Source: Priapulus caudatus (lineage: Eukaryota). From it: a DNA stretch of 20,000 nt. The notes under the pieces are model-generated. The model ran no database searches, was not told where the DNA came from, and saw only the letters and a list, made by a program, of their open reading frames with translations. This document shows positions 11,889 through 20,000 of this stretch, piece by piece. Positions within the stretch are counted from its first letter, which is position 1; each line of letters starts with the position of its first letter. Both the position numbers and the translations under genes were made by a program. The DNA lies in the NCBI RefSeq assembly GCF_000485595.1, contig NW_014577073.1:985668-1005667 (forward strand), given 5' to 3'.

Positions 11889-12030
11889 CACACACACACA
11901 CCCACACACACACACACGCGCGCGCGCGCGCGCGCGCCGCGCGTACACGTCCGCACCATACGCATACGCACACGCTCGCTTCGTTCAGATACATTGCCAG
12001 CAACCGCGTGCGTCCGTCAAATTCAAATAC
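10749..12030. repeat. Modular CA/CGTA/GCCCTCG satellite with internal ~0.45-kb tandem duplication (copy A)
   Basis: Recurring modules CACGTACACGTACGTACGCACAC and GGCACGCCCTCGCACACA; ~60-bp non-repetitive tail (...CGTTCAGATACATTGCCAG...CGTCCGTCAATTCAAATAC) at ~11490-11549 and again at ~11969-12030. Confidence 0.95.
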
Positions 12031-12535
12031 GACTTCAAATTCGCTGAGACAGCCACCTCTACGCGGCGTGACAACCACACCTGAGGTCTTGCGCGTACCT
12101 TACTAGCTTTTATATATAGCATTCCCTCCCATCTTCCCGTGAGTGTGTAACCAGGCACACCGAGCACCATACGCGGACTGGATGGCGCCGTAAAATAAGT
12201 CATCCAGGGGGGCGTGGAGAGGCATGAGCGCGCACATGCACCCGCACGCGGCCGTTTCCTGAGCAGCGACGGCGTTGGCAGATAACACGCGCTGCGAAAT
12301 TTATATAAAATTATTCGAATTTCCTGTGCGGCCATTGTAGGCGACACAATAGCGGGTACCGGCCGACCACGGTTGGCGATGCTTGAATACGCATTACATG
12401 TGAATTAGAGGGATATCGGACGCGATTACGCCTGCTCTCCCTGGTCGCATGCGAGCGCCGCCACACAACCGCAGCGGATGTACTGATCTTCGACGAGTGA
12501 GAAATTTGAGTTATTTATTCCTTTTCTTCTCGCAG

Positions 12536-12706
12536 ATTGCGACGACAATACCTCGCTAGAACTGCCGATAAGCAGAGTGGTTTAGCGACGCAGTGGAAGC
12601 AGCAACAATCTCCATAGCGCCGGTGTCCGGAGCCACTTGTAGAGATAACGCGCTGACCATATCTCTATTTACTTTGCCGCCGCTAACTCTGTACTTACTA
12701 ATATAG
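12536..12706 (+). CDS. Candidate terminal exon encoding a GPI-anchor-signal-like C-terminus (needs one 1-bp correction)
   Basis: Strong acceptor TTATTTATTCCTTTTCTTCTCGCAG| at 12535; adding the extra G seen in copy B (GACGGCAG) gives phase-2 LRRQYLARTADKQSGLATAVEAATISIAPVSGATCRDNALTISLFTLPPLTLYLLI* with TAG at 12704-12706. Confidence 0.45.
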
Positions 12707-12900
12707 GCATCTAACGAGACTGGGAGATCTCCCACACTTAGTGTGGTTCTGTGCGACACACTTTAACTCTCGTAGAACACATCATAGTTTACCTTGCACT
12801 TTACTGTGTTTAGTATAGGAATATCAGACCGTCTATGTTTTTACAACCGTGATATAGATATAATTATATATACGCTGCAAGAGCTCATAAACATTAATCA

Positions 12901-12977
12901 AACCCACCCCACGCCCACCCACCCACCACCCGAACACCCACACAAACACACACAACACACACACACACCACACACAA

Positions 12978-13023
<46 letters not shown>

Positions 13024-13120
13024 TTACATACATACACACACACACAATACACACACACACACACACACACACCACACAACACACACACACAGCACACACA
13101 CACAAACGTACACATACATA
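12901..13120. repeat. Imperfect (CA)n microsatellite (copy A)
   Basis: Directly visible. Confidence 0.93.
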
Positions 13121-13161
13121 AACCCATAATGACCACGACAACGACGTCGACAGCCAGTGCC

Positions 13162-13183
13162 ACTACTACTACAACTGTTGCTG

Positions 13184-13223
<40 letters not shown>

Positions 13224-13248
13224 ACTACCTACTACTACTTACTACTAT

Positions 13249-13326
<78 letters not shown>

Positions 13327-13451
13327 ATACTAATCTACTACTACTACTACTACTACTAATTACTAATACTACTACTACTATACTACTACTACTACCACTA
13401 CTACTACTACTAATACTAATACTACTACTACTGCTACTACTGCTACTACTA
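13162..13451. repeat. (TAC)n microsatellite (copy A)
   Basis: Directly visible. Confidence 0.96.
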
Positions 13452-13929
13452 GCCACCTCGGATTTTACAGTGATTTATTAAACTCGCCACAATGGATTTT
13501 ACGCCTATCCTCACCGTGACGCAGTAACCGGCCACCTGGTCGCAACTACAATAGCAGAGCCGCGGCTTGGCTGGCCACACAGACAGGTAACGGGTGGCAT
13601 TCGGCAATATCGATAACAGAAACGAAATTTGATGAATTTCTGTCGGCGCTGTCCGCCAGCCGAGCGGAAGCCTCGAAATACTGATACAATAGCGATATAG
13701 CAATTCAAACCAATTTGCATCTATTTGTCCTCGTGGTGAGAGATTAGCTAGAGAGCGTACCCGCGGGACGAACAACGGCCTGGGCAGCGGCGGCGCTGAC
13801 GTGTTTTGCGCGTTTCGTGGCGATAATGTCTTTATTAGTTCTAATCAAGTGAACAGCAATAAAGCATCATACGCGCGCACGGCGGGAGGGGCCGAAGAGA
13901 CGCAGGACTCGGGGTGGGATATTGATGGC

Positions 13930-13944
13930 TATATATATAATATA

Positions 13945-14001
<57 letters not shown>

Positions 14002-14207
14002 GTGTGTGTCTGTGTGTGTGTGTGTGCGTGGGTGCGTGCGCGCGTTCGTGCGTGCGTGCGTGCGTGTGTGTGCGTGCGTGCGTATGTTTGTGTGTAGATA
14101 GATATATGGCATGGCCGGAGGAGGGAATACAGAAGACGAATATATATATATATATATATATTATATTTGAATTAGTATATATTATATATATATAACTATA
14201 TATATAT
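13930..14207. repeat. Compound microsatellite (TA)n-(GT)n-(GCGT)n and second (TA)n
   Basis: (TA)n ~13930-13988, GT/GCGT ~13989-14096, (TA)n ~14140-14207. Confidence 0.95.
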
Positions 14208-14612
14208 TGGTGGCTAGCTAAGTATAACACCGCGAGAGTGAGTGAATATAATATATGAGTAGCTATTGGTAACTATCACATGAAATCATGGGTGTGTAAA
14301 TACATGCACATGGGGATTTGACGCTATCGCATGAATGTTAGCAAATAGCTATAATATATCTAATCCATTTTAACTAAAGATATTTTTTTTAAATGTGTAC
14401 GCAAGGTCAACTCTGCCTGCCCTAACCACATGTTATACATGTCACATGCTAAGATGAATTGTGGTGAATGCGCCTATTTTGTGTGTTAAAAACTCGAAGC
14501 AAGACTAACTGTGAGTTCCAACGTACTAAATAGCGTCGCGCTCTGTTTGTCATGAAATCGATATTGAGCACCAACAAACGGTTCTTGTACTGTTGAGTAG
14601 TAATACACTCGG

Positions 14613-14835
14613 AATGCGCGTCTTCGTCCTATACGCGGGCCGCGAGTTCCGGACCCACCATAGATAGTGTTTTGTAATATATGGTTCGTATATATATGGT
14701 TGGATTATAGTTAGTCTTAGGGTTCGGGTCAGGGTTAGGGTTAGGTAGTATTCATTTTACATTGTTGCTTCGAGGAAGCCGAGTGAATGGAGTGCGCTGA
14801 TTGGCTGTGGTCCGGAACTCTCGTGGGAAAAAAAA
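14613..14835 (-). mobile_element. Short HINE/DINE-1-like (Helentron non-autonomous) element with telomere-like internal repeat
   Basis: Inverted repeat CGCGAGTTCCGGACC (14641-14655)/GGTCCGGAACTCTCG (14809-14823), 14/15 with a perfect 12-bp core; A8 run at 14828-14835; short hairpin CGCGT..ACGCG (14617-14637) then AA outside the left repeat; TTAGGG-like x5 at 14717-14745. Confidence 0.6.
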
Positions 14836-16471
14836 TTCACGCGGGCCACCTATGTCGAATGCACTCACTGACGTACATGCTTGAATGATTGCTACGAGTG
14901 ATAAACGTGATAATCAAGCAGAACAAAGAAATAACGCAGGACGCGTTTATTTGACGTAGGTGAACGAGTCATATGTCGTTCTAATGGAGTATTAAGCGTA
15001 CCATGGGTCCATGAAAGCTGACGTATGTACATCGACCACATATTAGACGTATTGCTATCTATCGTAAGATAGGTCTCGTCATGTTGAATCGTGATGGGTC
15101 TAAGCTAAAGAACGAAAGCGAAAATGTCGAATTGGGACACGTGGTGTCACGGAATAGCTGCAAACATGCGTAGCTTCTGCGCAGAATATTTTACCTGGCT
15201 CGCGACGAAACTAGAACGGTATATGAACTCTTCTCCGGCATTGCTTGTTTTCCTGCAATTCCGTCTTCGTTGTGTACGGGGAGCGATCGGCATGCGCGGT
15301 GTAATCATGCTCAGAACGGTGATGCTTTATTTTTACATAGCGCAGCACATCTGAGAATGACGTACGGGATATAGGTATTTGAATTTGCTAATTTTGACCA
15401 GAAATCATTCACTTAACCAGCCTGCGATTGCACGCCTGGCGCATCTGTGTTTTATCTTTCACGTATGTAATGTGCGTGTGTGTAGCGCATATGTTCGAAT
15501 CGGGCTTCAAAACGTAAAAAATGTGGGAAATGTATGACGCAGAATGTCAATACGCTTCATCCGAGCTACTATACACTGCGATAATTAAACTACAGCTAAT
15601 TCCGAAAATGCCTTTGCACATTTCAAACGCAACTGTTCGTTCTCATTTCCAATCTTCGCGTGGCGTTGTTGAGGCATAATTGTCTTGTTTTTCTAACAAA
15701 CAAATTATACAATCGTGCTCAATACTCCTCTATGGGTTTCATCAGAAAACGCAGATTTGGTTTTCATACGGCATTTACACAGGTGCTGCTCACAGCCCTG
15801 TATTGGGTACAGGTAAATTATGTCATGCAAAGGTATATGTTATTATTCAACCTATTCATTCAAGCTCAAATGAAATTACCAACGTAAATTACTAAATACA
15901 TTTATAAATATGCAGCCGTAGGGAAGCAGCGAAATTTTGCTGACTAGTATTTTATATGAGGTGTTCCTGTTAATATATATTGTGTAATTACATATGGAAT
16001 CGCGTTTTAAAATGCGTTCGAGCCCGTATTTACCATCACGTGTGACGTCATACTGTGCTTCAATAGAATTATACAATCAAAACCGTCAACACTTCGTTAT
16101 TGTTACCGACGAGCGCTCGGATAGTGAAACAGACTACGAGGTTTAGATGATCGCATGAACGTCAAAATTTACTGTCTGTAATAATAATATTCAACCAACA
16201 TGTTCCTGGCTTCCCCTTTGATATTAGGTAGGTCTTGGAAATGTTGTCTTGGATTGTGTTACAGCCACTAAATGTACGACTGTCTTATGCGCTACAAGGC
16301 TATCTCAATGTAGTATCCGAATTTGCCGCTTTCATCATCGTTAAATGTACCTTGCTCTTGTTGCAGCGGCCAACGTCGGCAATGACGACAATTTCCGACA
16401 ACACGTGTTACCTAACCGATTATTTCATATATTCTTGCCATGGAAGGACTCACGCTCTTTGGAGCGTGGTG

Positions 16472-16472
<1 letters not shown>

Positions 16473-16524
<52 letters not shown>
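16473..16524. repeat. (TA)n microsatellite at left junction of duplication copy B
   Basis: Directly visible. Confidence 0.95.
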
Positions 16525-16527
<3 letters not shown>

Positions 16528-17340
16528 CTGACATTCTTCTGACTGACTTCTGACATACTGACATACTACATATTCTTTATTTATTTGTTTATGTTTATTT
16601 ACATCGATCACAATAGCATGTTAATTTATGGCTGAGCCAGCGTGCTCACATATATTACCGTGGGTTAACAACATGTTCTGCTTGCATCTATGACAAATAC
16701 GACATACGCATATACGCTCTCCTATGACACTATTTATCATAGAACGATATGAAGAATATTGGCGAGTCAACTTCGTTCCGCTTTACAGCTGAAATTCACT
16801 GCTTGCGTACATAATAGCGCTCCTAAACTCCTATGATGCGCACAACACATACAACAATATTTATCATAGGAAGAATCTTCTTATGACAAATAGTGTAATA
16901 GTAGAGCGTATATGTGTATGTCGTATTTGTCATAGATGCTAGAAGAACAGGCTGGAGTTACTCGTAACAATGTCCCGTAATTAGAATTTACGTTCATCGT
17001 GATCTAATTATACGGTTGGTCTAATTACGATATCTGCTAATATTCTCGCCGCGCCACGCAGAGCCGACAATAATAATTCTAATTCTAGTTTTTATAATAT
17101 GTTCATGTTCCTGCATACTTCTCGCAGTTATTTATTTTTTATTTTTTGGCGTAATATTAATTCCCAGCATGATGACGACGCTGAATAGAATATCGCATAA
17201 GTAACTTCTAAACGTACTATAGATGCAATATACGACAGGTACTCTATTGTCTTAATAGTTACTATTGGCAGTAAAAACGTCTTCGTTAGCGTTGGCACTG
17301 TCATTATCAATATAAACGTGAATTCGCTGTTAAATGTACG

Positions 17341-17958
17341 CGAGCGCACGCACGCACGCACACGTGCACACAGACTACACACTCCTACCCATACACACAT
17401 ACTCGCACGTATGCATCATACGTACGCACACGCACACGCACACGCCCTCGCACACACACACACACGCCCTCGCACACACACACGTACGCACACATACACG
17501 TACACGTACGTACGCACACAGGCACGCCCTCGCACACACACACGTACGCACACACACACGTACACGTACGTACGTACACGGGCACGCCCTCGCACACAGA
17601 CGTACGCACACACACACGTACACGTACGTACGCACACGCACATACGTACACGTATGTACGCATACGGGCACGCCCTCGCACACACACACACGTACGTACG
17701 CACACACGTACACGTACGTACGCACACGGGCACGCCTTCGCACACACCCACGTACACGTACGTACGCACACACACATACGTACACGTACGTACGCACACG
17801 GGCACGCCCTCGCACACACACACGTACGCACACACAAACATACGTACACGTACGTACGCACACGCACACGCCCTCGCACACACACACGTACGCACACACA
17901 AACATACGTACACGTACGTACGCACACGCACACGCCCTCGCACACATACACACGTACG

Positions 17959-18006
<48 letters not shown>

Positions 18007-18414
18007 ACACACACACACACACACAACACACACACACACACACACACACACAACACGTACACTCCGCACGCATACGCACACCGCTCGCCTCGTTCAGATA
18101 CATTGCCCGCACGCGTGCGTCCGTCAATTCAAATACACGTACGCATACGGGCACGCCTTCGCACACACACACACGTACGCACACACACAACGTACCCACT
18201 ACGTACGCACACACACATACGTACACTGTACGTACGCACACGGGTACGCCCTCGGCACACACACACGTACGTACGCACACAAGTACACGTACGTACGCAC
18301 ACGGGCACGCCCTCGCACACAACACGTACGCACACACAAACATACGTACACGTACGTACGCACACGCACACGCCCTCGCACACACACACGTACGCACACA
18401 TACACACACACACA

Positions 18415-18477
<63 letters not shown>

Positions 18478-18615
18478 ACACACACACCACACACACACAC
18501 ACACGCGCGCGCCGCGCGCGCGCGCGCGCGTCACGTCGCGCACGCATCGCATACGCACACGCTCGCTTCGTTCAGATACATTGCCAGCAACGCGTGCGTC
18601 CGTCAATTCAAATAA
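17341..18615. repeat. Modular CA/CGTA/GCCCTCG satellite with internal tandem duplication (copy B)
   Basis: Same modules as 10749-12030; non-repetitive tail at ~18078-18136 and ~18556-18615. Confidence 0.95.
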
Positions 18616-19129
18616 CGACTTCAAATTCGCTGAGACAGCCACCTCTACCGCGGCGTGACAACCACACCTGAGGTCTTGCGCGTACCTTACTAGCTTTTAT
18701 AATAGCCATCCCTCCCATCTTCCCGTGAGTGTGTAACCAGGCACACGAGCACCATACGCGGACTGGATGCGCCGTAAAATAAGTCATCCAGGGGGGCGTG
18801 GAGAGGCATGAGCGCGCAGCATGCACACGCACGCGGCCGTTTCCTGAGCAGCGACGCGCGTTGGCAGATAACACGCGCTGCGAAATTTATATAAAATTAT
18901 TCGAATCTTCCTGTGCGGCCATTGTAGGCGACACAATAGCGGGCCGCGTACGGCGGCCGACCACGGTTGGCGATGCTTGAATACGCATTACATGTGAGTT
19001 AGAGGGGATATCGGACGCGATTACGCTGCTCTCCTGGTCGCATGCGAGCGCGCGCACACAACCGCAGCGGATGTACTGATCTTCGACGAGTGAGAAATTT
19101 GAGTTATTTATTCCTTTTCTTCTCGCCAG

Positions 19130-19300
19130 ATTGCGACGACAATACCTCGCTAGAACTGCCGATAAGCAGAGTGGTTTAGCGACGGCAGTGGAAGCAGCAA
19201 CAATCTCCATAGGCGCCGGTGTCCGGAGCCACTTGTAGAGATAACGCGCTGACATATCTCTATTTACTATTGCCGCCGCTAACTCCTGTACTTACTATAA
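19130..19300 (+). pseudogene. Second, multiply frameshifted copy of the candidate GPI-signal exon
   Basis: Acceptor ...CTTTTCTTCTCGCCAG| at 19129; reads LRRQYLARTADKQSGLATAVEAATISI then shifts at ATAGGCGCC, with further indels downstream. May be sequencing error rather than decay. Confidence 0.35.
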
Positions 19301-19496
19301 GGGCCATCTAACGAGACTGGGAGATCTCCCACACTTAGTGTGGTTCTGTGCGACACACTTTAAATCTCCGTAGAACACATCATAGTTTACTTGCACTTTA
19401 CTGTGTTTAGTATAGGAATATCAGACCGATCTATGTTTTTACAACGTGATATATATATATATATATACGCTGCAAGAGCTCATAAACATTAATCAA

Positions 19497-19533
19497 ACCC
19501 CCACCCCACCCACCCAACCACCCAACACCCACA

Positions 19534-19571
<38 letters not shown>

Positions 19572-19637
19572 ACACACACACACACACAACACACAACACA
19601 CGCACACTTACATACATACACACACACACATACACAC

Positions 19638-19674
<37 letters not shown>

Positions 19675-19795
19675 CCAGCACACACAAACGTACACATACA
19701 TAAACCCATAATGACCACGACAACGACGTCGACAGCCAGTGCCACTACTATACACTGTTGCTACTACTACTACTACTAGCTACTCACTACTACTG

Positions 19796-19826
<31 letters not shown>

Positions 19827-19868
19827 ACTACTACTCTACTACCTATACTACTACTACTACTACTACTA

Positions 19869-19900
<32 letters not shown>

Positions 19901-20000
19901 ACTACTACTACTACTGACTACTACTACTACTAATTACTACTACTACTACTACTACGCTACTACTACATACTAACTACTACTACTAACTACTACTACTACT
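19497..20000. repeat. Imperfect (CA)n followed by (TAC)n microsatellites (copy B)
   Basis: (CA)n ~19497-19700; (TAC)n ~19744-20000 with many 1-bp interruptions. Confidence 0.94.

Larger units (their letters stand above)
9922..13452 (+). repeat. Direct duplication, copy A (at least 3.5 kb)
   Basis: Colinear with 16525-20000 from TTACTGACATT onward (offset ~6.6 kb); right boundary cannot be set because copy B leaves the window inside the (TAC)n tract. Confidence 0.97.
16525..20000 (+). repeat. Direct duplication, copy B (truncated by window end)
   Basis: Colinear with 9922-13452; differences are mostly single-base indels plus a few substitutions. Confidence 0.97.

Noticed and set aside
10719..12106. 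Long His/Thr/Arg/Tyr- or Val/Cys-rich ORFs up to 446 aa (also 17318-18671 and 7613-8068)
   Set aside because: Open in most frames on both strands because CA/CGTA repeats lack stop codons; frames are not preserved between the two copies.
14717..14745. True telomere or chromosome-fusion scar
   Set aside because: Only ~5 degenerate units, one orientation, enclosed by transposon-like inverted repeats.
15493..15501. GTTCGAATC B-box suggesting a tRNA or SINE
   Set aside because: No A-box at proper spacing, no T-arm stem or cloverleaf.
16367..16472. Good-looking acceptor CTTGCTCTTGTTGCAG followed by two open frames
   Set aside because: No convincing donor or recognisable peptide before the (TA)n junction.

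Overview
Eukaryotic, probably invertebrate-animal, mostly non-coding DNA: CpG is not depleted, microsatellites are dense and there is one 10-N assembly gap. No protein family, RNA gene, CRISPR array or transposase is recognisable, and nearly all long ORFs are translations of simple repeats. The dominant structure is a direct duplication of at least 3.5 kb (9922-13452 and 16525-window end). Both copies start just after a (TA)n tract, differ mainly by 1-bp indels, and carry a ~1.2-kb modular CA/CGTA satellite plus a candidate terminal exon encoding a GPI-signal-like C-terminus. The window also holds a clear 287-bp TA-flanked MITE with a decayed relative, a short Helentron/DINE-1-like element with telomere-like repeats, and a GC-rich 22-bp minisatellite. 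A stop-interrupted signal-peptide-like exon in a CpG-rich island could belong to the same + strand gene as the GPI-like exon. I cannot support a confident claim of a new biological system; the best leads are this hidden gene model and the satellite-bearing duplication.
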